The notes under the pieces are model-generated. The model saw nothing but the letters and a program-made list of their open reading frames with translations. It was not told the origin of the DNA and ran no database searches. Position numbers and translations under genes: made by a program. Source: Lophium mytilinum (Eukaryota). From it: a stretch of DNA of 64,000 bases. The stretch is taken from assembly GCA_010093605.1 (NCBI GenBank), contig MU004181.1, positions 1,116,001 through 1,180,000 on the forward strand. Direction: 5' to 3'. Below are positions 26,808 to 37,000 of the stretch, piece by piece (position 1 is the stretch's first letter; each line of letters opens with the position of its first letter).

Positions 26808-27145
26808 CAGTAAAACCTGATTATAGTGTTTCCGGTGGATAGTGATATACTCTATAGAGTGATAAATTTCGGCTGACCGTGGAAATTTGTATGGGTATAG
26901 TAATATCCCTGCTTACTATGGTATCACTAGTACCCTCTCACCAAAACCATAACAGTCAGGGGGGTTTTTGTTTGGGCGGGGTGGTCCGTGGCACCTCCGA
27001 CCGCCCCCAAAGACCCCTTGATCTCGCTGTTTTGGGGGTCAATGGCTTACAAATTGCCGACACGTGACTTCTGTTACAGTGATACTCTCTGTACAGTGAT
27101 ACGAAACCTCGGAAAAAACCGTATCTCTATAATCAGGTTTTACTG
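26808..27145. mobile_element. Non-autonomous Tc1/mariner-superfamily TIR element (MITE), 338 bp
   Basis: Perfect 19-bp terminal inverted repeats CAGTAAAACCTGATTATAG (26808-26826) and CTATAATCAGGTTTTACTG (27127-27145), each flanked by TA (26806-7, 27146-7). No transposase ORF; internal AGTGATA-like repeats. Confidence 0.88.
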
Positions 27146-27459
27146 TAGTCTAGTGTTACCTGCACTTATGCACCGTTGAGACTGCATGCATTTAAAGTGC
27201 ATATCAGGCACAATACTCCGCGGGGCCGATCCGCCCCCAAATGTTGCCCCGCGACTCCTGTGGCGAAGCTGGCGCCTCTCGTCTCATCACCTGTCAGGCT
27301 GTCGACTGCCCGTACCTGTCCACGTAACCACCTTCCACCCGGCCTGCTCACTCCAGCACCTCCAGGCTGCAGCATCCTAGATATTTCCTACCCCGAAACA
27401 CCTGCGGGTGAGCAGTCCGCATCACTATATATCACGAGCCGGAGTAGACCGCCGCCACT

Positions 27460-28774
27460 ATGCCTGCGCCACTAGCCAAAGGTACCTAAGCTCTCTGCAC
27501 TCCACCTCTCTTCTTTCCACCCCTTTGCCACCCTTCTTGCCTGCTTCTGCCAACTAGTCCTCACAGGACCGAACATGGCTTCCGCAAACCCAAATTTTCG
27601 TCAAGTTCCTCGTTATGGAAGGCCTAACAATCCCATGGGAACAGGCCTCATCATCGCCGCGTCCGTCCTCGTTGCCGCCGGGATCGCAATATACGAAAGC
27701 CCACAAGTCCGACAGTTCATCGAGCATTCGCGACGCAAAATCGCCGTTGCCTTACATTCTCTCGGAGACGAAATCCAACCCCGCCGCAGCTTCTCGCATT
27801 CATCCAACGATGCGGAAACCGCTCAACAGGTCCGCCGGAGGCGAATGGAGGAGATTGTTCGACGGAACCAGAACGAACTGATCCGACAAGCTCAAGAAGA
27901 AGGCATTGCTGTTGATTTGGATGAGCTCGCTAGGATTGGAAGAGAGGGTGTCGAGGTCGAGATGATGGAGTATGATCGCCGGAGCAACAACCGAGACCGG
28001 GGAAGCAGCTTCGATGACCTTGTTGGCAGTGATGGAATGCTTCGGGATAACCACCCTCTTATCAACCTCGCGGATGAGGACAATACTGCTAGGACTGCTA
28101 CTGCTACGGAAAACACTACCTCTGCTGATGGACTGAGACGTCGTGGACAAGTCTTCTCCGCCGGTAGCAGCGCACAAGTACTATTTGATCAGGAACGCAC
28201 CATGAAAGAGACATCGGCTGCGCCACACGCATCTCGGGAAAGCACTGCAACTATTGAAGGAGAATCCCTTATCGACATAAATGCCGAAGACCCACCACTT
28301 AGTCTACCAGAAGAGTTACAGACCGAGTCTATTCCCTCGCTAGCATCTTCTACCCAAGCTCAAACACAAGACGGATCACAATCATTCCATTCTTTCGCAT
28401 CAGCTTCCGTCATGTCCATATCCGACGACATGGAGCAATCCAACCAGCACATATTCTCCAACAGCATGGAAGAGGAGGCTGAGGTGATGTCAACTGGAAC
28501 TATGACCCCTACCGAGGATGGATTTTCAACTGCCGTATCCATGGTCGGAAGCCAGGCCGACGACATCGCGGTACTATCAATGACGAACGATGAGGACCAT
28601 GATGCTAGATCAGAGGCTTTCAGCGAGGGGGGCTTCAGTGAACTCGGCGATGGCGATCGGATAGGTGCACACACCCCGAACAGCTGGACCGATGTCGGCA
28701 GCGATGATGGAAGTGAGTATGCAGGTGCTCAGGCTAGCAACCAGGGCCTTCCTGCTACTCACTACCATATATAG
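27460..28774 (+). CDS. Conserved fungal hypothetical protein with an N-terminal membrane anchor and acidic disordered tail (exons 27460-27481, 27645-28774)
   Basis: Intron GTACCT..ACAG gives MPAPLAK/GLIIAASVLVAAGIAIYESPQVRQFIEHSRRKIAVALHSLGDEI, an N-terminus I recognise from Pezizomycotina hypothetical proteins. C-terminal TPNSWTDVGSDD. Confidence 0.8.
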
Positions 28775-29448
28775 TTGTCTGTGTTGTTGGGTAGTGAGAC
28801 TAGGAGTTCTTGGAGCTGTATATGGTTGGACAAGGAGCACATAGGTGTACTGGACTGGATAGGAACAAGGGCATCTCAATGGTTGGACCGCGGCGTTTTC
28901 CCAAGTTAGTTGTATGTAAAAGATCCCTCAATTGAATGACTACTCGGAACATTATTATGGCAGGCGGAGGCATCCGCAGTTCCGTAGGCAGTATTCTTTA
29001 ATGGTTTTGTGTTTTGTGTTGACTTCGCATTTGAAATGACTTCTTAATAACGAAGATTGTTTAACATGTCGTAGGTCAAGGAACCAGAGCCCATCAGTTG
29101 GAGCACTACTTCTTAGAGGCTCAGATATACGGGACGCATCTCGAAACGTAATTGCAATCCGAAAAGCCACATTGATGAAGTGGTGGCTCCAAGCATTGAT
29201 GCTCCCGCGCCTTCTTATCCAAACTCCTAACACCACACAAAAAATCCCATAGGGTATCCAAAATGCAAGAACTTTTGGCCTCGGCGTGACCCTTGACGCT
29301 ACCCTTGACGCGACCCTCAGAGTGACCGTCAGTGTCCCCAACATGGACCCTCGTTTTCCCCGTGCAGTGTGTTGCTTTAACTCGCAAGCCTCGCCTTTGG
29401 CCCCCCCCAAAGATGTGATTGATGTCCAAAATGCTAAAGACCGTTCTT

Positions 29449-29937
29449 TCAAACCCCTCTCACCCCCACAATCGCCGCCGCAACCTGCTCCAACAACTCC
29501 TCCTTCTCCGCCACCGCCTCCTTCCGCTGCACCTCAATCTCCCTCAGCTGCCGCTCCAGCTCGCGCATGCGCTCCCGCTGCTCCCGCTCCGATGTCCCAA
29601 TCCCCGGCAGCGTGTCCACCAGCACTTCGATCTGCTGCTCCTTTATAATCAGATCGCGGGACAGCTCGTGCAGGTCCGCCGTAAACTGCGCCTCGGGATC
29701 CTGGCTTTGTGTCTGAGCTTGGGAGGGGTCGCTGCCCTGCGTTATAGCCTGTGTGGATTGTGTTTGCACCTGCTGTTGGCTGGTTTCGAGGAAGGAAGAG
29801 CGCGCGGGGTCGACTTGGTAGGGGAGGTTGGGCAGGCGAGTGGGGGCGGCGCGGTCGGAGGTGTAGTGCAACGTGGCGTACATTTGGGTGGCGAGCTGGT
29901 CGAGGCAGAGCTGCAGCTGGGTGAGGCGGTCGGCCAT
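29449..29937 (-). CDS. SRB7: Mediator of RNA polymerase II transcription subunit 21
   Basis: MADRLTQLQLCLDQLATQMYA...LHELSRDLIIKEQQIEVLVDTLPGIGTSE is the Med21 signature. Confidence 0.93.
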   Translation of the reverse strand: MADRLTQLQLCLDQLATQMYATLHYTSDRAAPTRLPNLPYQVDPARSSFLETSQQQVQTQSTQAITQGSDPSQAQTQSQDPEAQFTADLHELSRDLIIKEQQIEVLVDTLPGIGTSEREQRERMRELERQLREIEVQRKEAVAEKEELLEQVAAAIVGVRGV

Positions 29938-30190
29938 TCTGGATTGTGTTCTGGAGGAGGCGTGGTGGAGTGGATGAGGTGGGGGAACGTGGTGTTGAAG
30001 CAAGGGAGCTTCGTAAGGCTGAGATTACATATGCAGGCTGGCCTTAGCGTTAAGGCGCCACTTCGACGCGACTTGGGATGCAGGTTTCCCATTCAACCTC
30101 CCCAATTTCACCATCATGGCGCGGTAGCATCGCGAGCGTACCCGTTTCAGTTTCAAACATGTCCTGTATAATAGATTCCCTCTTTACGAT

Positions 30191-31543
30191 ATGCTACATT
30201 TCCTTCGCCGCCAATGGCTCCACCCACCCACTTTTCACCCTTTTCGCCGCAGCATCACGACCACAGCAGCTGCAGCTCCATCAAAGACCCCTAGACTAAT
30301 AATCACGCCTGGCTCTACCCACCACAACGACCTCCCTACCTTTTTGACATATGCGGAGCGCGTCAGTCTCTCCGCCAAATCCACCGTGTACGTCGGCACG
30401 CACTACGAATACACCGTTGCGACCACCCTCCTCCGCCTCGGCTTCTCTCTCATCCGCACCGGGCGCCGCGCGGACAATGGGATTGATCTTCTCGGCCACT
30501 GGGCGATCCCTACATTGCCCGAGCCACTGCCCGTCTTGATACAGTGCAAAGCGCAGAAATCCGTAGGGCCGAACTATGTGCGGGAGCTCGAGGGAGCGTT
30601 TGCGGGCGTGCCTGTGGAATGGCGGCGGCGGGATGTGCTGGGCTTGTTGGTGACGACGCAGAAAGCGACTCGAGGGGTGCTGGAGATGATGGGGATGAAC
30701 CGCTGGCCGATGGGGTTCTTGAAAATCACGAAGAAGGGCGTAGTGGAGCAGTTTGTGTGGAATCGGAGTGCGGTGGAGAGGGGGTTGGAGGGGGTGGGTG
30801 TCACTGTGAGGTATGGGAATGAGGGGGTGACGGGAGGAGAGGTTGAGGGCGAGGTCGAGGAAGAGAAAAAGGAGGTCTCGAAGGTTGTTAAGGATGAGGA
30901 TCCGGCGAAGAGGAAGAGGAGGAATGTTAGGAAGGAGAAGGTTGCTATCAGGAAAGATATCCAGCTGACTTGGTTGGGGAAGCCGATCTTCGTGGATCGG
31001 GATTCTTTGGATGAGAAGACTGTGCAGCTTGGAGAAGAGATCAGCAGTGCGGATGAAGAGCCTGATGCTGAAGCGAAGCTGGTCAAGACGAATGATCAAG
31101 GGGAGAAGAAGCGCGGAAAACCTGGGCCAAAGAAGAAAGACGATAAAGTGACACCCTCACAAGCCAAACCTACTCGATCCCCTAGGAAAGCTCCTGTCGA
31201 AGATGTTGTAGCCAAAGACCCTGTCAAAAAGGTTGGACGTCCTAAGAAAATCATTGACGACAAGAGTCCTGTCAAAATAAGAGCCAAAAAGGGAATCGCG
31301 CCTGAAAGATCGAAAGGAACGAAGGCGTCAGTTGATAAGAGTGCTAAGAAGAGTGCTGTGCCCGAAAAGGTCCCTAAAAGAAGAGCCCAGAATAGTAGTG
31401 CTTCTAAGAATAAGATTGACAAGAAGGTCGCAGTCAAGTCAAGAACCAAGAAGGGTGACGTATCTATAGAGGCGGCTGATGATGTGGCACCATACAGGAC
31501 AAGAACCGACAAAAAGGTTGCGTCTAAAGAGAAGATTACATGA
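30191..31543 (+). CDS. RRG7: Required-for-respiratory-growth protein 7 (DUF2034), mitochondrial, with a long Lys-rich C-terminal extension
   Basis: Presequence-like N-terminus; STVYVGTHYEY, DNGIDLLGHW, VLIQCK, PNYVRELEGAF and QFVWN motifs. Confidence 0.85.
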   Translation: MLHFLRRQWLHPPTFHPFRRSITTTAAAAPSKTPRLIITPGSTHHNDLPTFLTYAERVSLSAKSTVYVGTHYEYTVATTLLRLGFSLIRTGRRADNGIDLLGHWAIPTLPEPLPVLIQCKAQKSVGPNYVRELEGAFAGVPVEWRRRDVLGLLVTTQKATRGVLEMMGMNRWPMGFLKITKKGVVEQFVWNRSAVERGLEGVGVTVRYGNEGVTGGEVEGEVEEEKKEVSKVVKDEDPAKRKRRNVRKEKVAIRKDIQLTWLGKPIFVDRDSLDEKTVQLGEEISSADEEPDAEAKLVKTNDQGEKKRGKPGPKKKDDKVTPSQAKPTRSPRKAPVEDVVAKDPVKKVGRPKKIIDDKSPVKIRAKKGIAPERSKGTKASVDKSAKKSAVPEKVPKRRAQNSSASKNKIDKKVAVKSRTKKGDVSIEAADDVAPYRTRTDKKVASKEKIT

Positions 31544-32495
31544 ATGATACCGCCGTTTACATGACTATTACTGGCCGGCTTATGTGGTTTCTAGAGACTC
31601 TATTCATGCTAGGATATTTCACCTTATAAGTAAATGGTGACACTGCCTACTTGCATGGGGTCTTTTCTCTCTTGAGCCCTGGAATGTGGTTGTGCTGTAC
31701 CATTGCAATCGAATATATCAAGGTGCGTAGCAGTGAAGTTTGGACTCTCTTGGGCCCTTACTAAGCATCTCGTCAGCGACTCTCGTGACATACCATGGCC
31801 TCCAGATGATTGATTACAGTTAAATCATAAAAGGGAACTTCACTGCATGGACGCAACCAAGTCTTCAACAGGGGAAATGTGTGGAGCCAGAAACTGTTTC
31901 ATGATTTGGCGGACCAGAATCTCATACCCTTTTTCGCGGCTTTGAATTCGAATGTCTAGTTTACTGTTATTAGATCTGTCTCTAGTTCGCTGGCTATCAC
32001 TAATTACCTACCGACGGGCCCCTTCCTGTCTAGCCGCTTACTCATCAGCTTCTGTATAGCGTTCCTCCTTCCGCTCGAAAGCTAGCTTCCTCACCATCAC
32101 CATCTCGAGAGCTTTTGGACCTATGTCTAGTCTTTACTACCTTTCTAGTTTACCGTCGCTCACTACCTCAAGAGAGTACTATTCTGAGCATGTTTCTCTA
32201 CGGATGCGGAAACTACCCTGATTCTGTGCTTGGTTGACCATCGGTGACGATTCGGACCCTCGAGAGGACGTATGAAAATCCTTGAGCCTCGCACGCATAA
32301 CAGCGATTCTTGCCTTCCCACTTATTACGACTCAACAGCTTTTGACAGCATAGTAACCGCCGTCAGAACTCTTTCTCAAGATACACACGCCAGCAGAGTG
32401 CCGCGCTCATACATAGTCCTTCGCAGGGCCCGTTCACACACTTCATTTTCTAATCTTACTTCTATTTGCGGTACTCAACTATTCCTCAATATATC

Positions 32496-33125
32496 ATGGA
32501 CCGTGCTCCCAGCACCACCTCTGGATCTCCGGACCACGAAGAAACCAACCCCGAAACGGTCTCTAGCCGCGGTGAAGACGACCACGAGGCTGAAATACTC
32601 GTCGACAATAACTCTGTCAACTCGCCCAGCCCAAACGGTTCCGACACAGAACAAGAGGATCGCTTTATCAACGTTGCTTCCCACCATTTCAACAACAGGG
32701 TAGTGAGGGGCTTTGAACGCGATTACGACGGTGCCATATTCGCCGAAAACAACTACTTCAACGAGCCCAGCATAGACGGATCCGACACAGAAGAACAACA
32801 CCGCGACGCCACGGAGCGGGATTACTTTGGTCGCGGTTTCGATATGGCCGGCTATTGGATGCAGCACCGCCCAAGCACTCGTTGTAGCCCAGGGAACCCG
32901 AACGCTTTCCGCGTGGAGCAGTTCCACGTGTACCTCGAACTGGAACCTGTTTACCAGAGAATGGTGAGAGTGTTGGTGTTGCAGCGAGGGCAAGGCCTGA
33001 CGCTCGCCATCAATTCGGCTTTGACTCGACGAGAGATGGCCGTCGAAGATAGGAGGGAATTCCGTGTGCTTACCCGGAGGAGAGGTCAAGTCTTTGTCCC
33101 GCTCCCACGGTTTAGCTTTAGCTGA
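32496..33125 (+). CDS. Hypothetical acidic orphan protein, 209 aa
   Basis: ATG-initiated ORF with an internal peptide duplication (NGSDTEQED..ERDYDG / DGSDTEEQH..ERDYFG). No family recognised. Confidence 0.5.
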   Translation: MDRAPSTTSGSPDHEETNPETVSSRGEDDHEAEILVDNNSVNSPSPNGSDTEQEDRFINVASHHFNNRVVRGFERDYDGAIFAENNYFNEPSIDGSDTEEQHRDATERDYFGRGFDMAGYWMQHRPSTRCSPGNPNAFRVEQFHVYLELEPVYQRMVRVLVLQRGQGLTLAINSALTRREMAVEDRREFRVLTRRRGQVFVPLPRFSFS

Positions 33126-34052
33126 GGCCTAACCTCAACATCAAGTCCCCACGCTGGCAGGTCCGCAGAACCAGGCAGATATTCGGGTACAGATGTCAAT
33201 GCTTCTTTCACTGCCCACGACGGAATTTCTCCGCATGCAGGACCCTACCGTTACCGAAAGGGGCCCAGAACTTCCCCCTCTGTTAGCGAATCCACCGCGA
33301 GTCACGTGCCTTTATTTCACTGCTTGCGTTTTACGGGCATTTGTTGCGAGTGGAGCTGTACGCAACGATACGTTGGGTGGTACGACACGCCTCTTGATCG
33401 TCAGCTTTCTCCGCCACCGACTCAGCGAATCTTGCCTGTCCCTAACGATTGTGGCCCGGCATAGACAAGGATATTGAGATATTGTAGATATGACTACTAG
33501 TGACAAAGGTTACTTTTGTAACGACTTGTAAGCTTTCGGAGTGTGAATTAGAGAGGCTATGTTTTGTGCAATGCGCCCCTGCACTAATTACTCCGAGCAG
33601 ACTTAGGATGCAAAGGTCTCGACCCTCTGGGTTGGGTCCCAAGTGCTGCTGACATCGAAAAGCGTGGTTCCAGGTACGTAAAGTGTAATTTTGGAGGTAC
33701 ACGTGCCGCGCTGGACCGTACGCATAGCATCTCCATTTTCAACAGTGCATCCGGGCACTCTAGTTGTTCTCAGCGGGACTGCAGATAAAGAGTGAGGATT
33801 ATGCACTGCCCATTTAAGAGCCACTACCAAATATTATGCATACACGCCCCTCCTCTCTCGCTCGATACAACATCCGCCAAAACCCGCCGAACCATCCCGT
33901 CATGCATTCATCAGAACTCATCCGCATTTGCCAACTGCATCCGTCGCCCACGACAAAGCCGAAAACAAGCCAAAAGCATCAACCTACCACAATTAGACAA
34001 GGATACTCCCATATCTCCCCTTTTTTCGACGCAGATCAGGCATTGGCGTCCC

Positions 34053-37000
34053 CTATCTCTTCCCGCCTTTCTTTTTCGCGGCCACGACCTTGAAGGGCGA
34101 AGTATCGACACCCTGCTGCACTTGTTGCGCCTGGCCTCCCTTCTTCGCGACCTCGCTCCAGCCTCCGGCTGCGGACTTGGCCTCTGCGGCGGCAGACTGC
34201 GCGCTAGCATCGACGATACCCTTGTCGGCCAACTTTCTTCGGCGCAGGAACTCCTCAGCGAAGTGGCGGGAGTCGATGGTGTTAGATGCAGAGTGGACGG
34301 CTTCGGTAAGGATTTCAAGCTCGAGCGGGAAAGAGACAAGCTGAGCGACAAAGTCGTCGGCTAAGTAGGACGAGATAGTAGTCAGTATTGAACAAAGCTA
34401 GTGATCGATGAAAAAAAAAATATCGGAGACCTACGATTGATGCCCTTTTCCAAGTCCCCCTTGAGCTCACCCACTGCCCATTTTCTAAACTCTTCCTGTG
34501 CATTGACTTGCCCAGCTAGTTGACCGCCAAGTGTAGCGTTCCTAGTACCAGGAAGCTTCGGCTTTATCACAGGGCTCGAAACTACCCCACTGCTGGTCGA
34601 CCGTACAGCGGCTGGTCCAGTTGGAATAGCAACCATCGGTGCCTTGGCTTTCCCGCTCGCTCCGACGGTCGTCCAGGCGCCATTGCCCGGGGGAGGAGTA
34701 GCCGTTTGCTTACTTGCAAGATCGGCATATCGCTTCCCCGATGAAAGGGTGGGCACACTCGCTCCAAGAGAGATTGTCGCGTTTGCAGCAGCAGCAGCGG
34801 CGGCGGCGCGATGTTTGCGTGCCTCTTCTTCTTTCTGAATCTGCTGAAGGGTCTTTTTACCAGTGCTTGGCTGTCCAGGGGCTTTGCCTGCCAGTGGCTT
34901 GACCCAAGCCGATGGAGTAGAAGCGTTGGGCGTAATAGGCGATGCGCTACTAGCCCACGTTGAGCTGGACGGAAGACCAGGTGCTGGAGGAGGTGCCTGA
35001 GCTTGCGCAAGCAATTCCCTCTCAAGCGCCGCGCGACGGGCAGCAGCCGCAACTTCCTCTTGCTGGGCTGCTTTTCGGGCTTCGGCCTCTTGGATCTCCT
35101 TCAAGGACGGACCCCTCGGCGCCTCCGCAGGTTCTTTAGCCCAAGGGGCGATTGAGGCACTTGGCGTGTCTGCAGACGGAGTTTCGGAGCGAGACCGAGA
35201 CTCCGCGTGAAGTGTATCAGCTACGTTATGCTTCCTCTGTGCAGCAGGAGCTGGAAGTGGCGAGCCCGATTGTGGCGGAGGGAATGGTTGTGGAAGACCG
35301 CTGGTTTCTACTTTAGCCCAGGGTGACTGTGGAGGAGCAGGGGATTGTTTGGAAGAAGCGGCCTTTTGGACCTGTTCCGTAAGTGAAAGGGCCTCGGTGG
35401 ACTTAGCGAGAGGAGCGGTTTCAGCAGTGGGTGAGCTCATCTGAGCGTTCACTGCTTCAGAGCGAAGGGCTTCTGTTCGTTGCTGATGCTGCACTTGCTC
35501 GGCAAATGAGCTCGATGGCTTACCAATGATGCCTTCGGTTGGTGCTTTAGTTGAAGGATGGTCTACATCCGTCTGCAGTCTAAGATCGTGGAACTGCTGT
35601 AGGCGATCCGCGGAGTTCTGGGCTGCCTGTTGCTCGCTTTGGCTGATCCTCTGGAGGGCGTCGTGCTCAGCTTGCTCACGTTGAAGGCGGGCACGATCAT
35701 TGAGCATAGCTGCGACCTGAGCATTTGCGTTAGAATCCGGCTGCTGCTGCCCGAAAGGCACTGGCGCACCACCATAGGGAAGTTGACCGCTGCGGCCGAT
35801 ATTGAGACGTTCCATCATACCAGGAATATCTTCCTCCCTAATATTTCCCAGCACGTCCATCCCAATAGGCCCTAGTCCCGAAGGCGCAGGGCGGAAGGAA
35901 TTGTCAAAAAGTCCGGATACAGTAGGCCCGGGGATTGGGCCTTGAGTTGGTGATGGTTGATATACACCAGGTGATGTAATGCTCCCAAAGCTGGGTTGGC
36001 TGTGGAGACTGTGAGCACTGGAGTGATGATGAAGCTGTTGAGGAAGAATGCCATGAGCGCCGATTCCCATTTGCGCCTGTTTAGCCAGCGCTTGTTGCTG
36101 TACAGCCAAATGCTCCTTTTGTCGAGCCATGAGATACTGTTCCTCTTGTTTGCGCCTCTCCAGCGCATTCTGCTGCTCTGCCGTGAGAGTGGTACCAAAG
36201 CTTGGGAAACTGCTAGCAAATGGCGGCTGAGCCCCAGGTCCGACGGTTGGCGTCGCAGATATGCCTTGACCTGCCCAAGCATTGCCGGCTTGAGTTGAAG
36301 GCGGGCCATGGGGTATACCAATTTGGGGAACGAGGAACGGCTCTCGGGAGTTGCCAATGCGTCGGATGAGCTGAGCCAGTGGTTCGTACTCGGGGTCTTC
36401 ACGCTTCTTGACTAACAGCTCGGGAGAAAAGAACCCAGCTTTATACCAATCGTGCATCTCAAGGCCTGACCAAGGGCCTTGAGTGTTGCCCTGGGGATCT
36501 TGATAGATCCATCGCATCCTGTCGGGCATGACCATGGTCCGCTGTTGCGCAGCAGGTGGCTGATTGGACGCAGGGCTTGTTACACCCTGAGATTGTGTAG
36601 AAGTAGTTGAAGGCTGCGACCGTCCGCCAATAGTTGACAATATGGAGGGTTGCGCAGACCCAGAGGACTGCATCTGACCAAATGGTGTACCGACTGGTTC
36701 AGAAAAACCAATACTTGGATTACGAGCTCCAGGATAATCGTCGAACATACGATTAGCTCGAAATGGACTCTCCGAATCCCTAGTTGGTATACCACTACCA
36801 GGAGCTTGCGTACCAAAAGCATTTCTGCCGTAAGCAGATGGCTGATTGAGTGAGCGACCTTCGGAAGAGCCGTCATCGTTCGAAGACCGATTCTGCTCAC
36901 TTGAGCGTATTTGGTCTTGCATAGCGGCGGGTGGGAAGAGTGCTCCAAGCTTACTGCCTCGTCCCATAGTCGCGGAGCCGCCCAGTCCGGACACAGGGCC

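Noticed and set aside
27575..27644. ORF-track start MASANPNFRQ for the gene ending at 28774
   Set aside because: It lies inside the predicted intron; the spliced MPAPLAKG start at 27460 fits the family better.
29286..29340. Short 12-bp degenerate repeats (GACCCTTGACGC-like)
   Set aside because: Only 2-4 decayed adjacent units with no spacers; a minisatellite-like stretch 3' of MED21, not a CRISPR array.
30296..31099. 267-aa minus-strand ORF
   Set aside because: Antisense shadow of RRG7.
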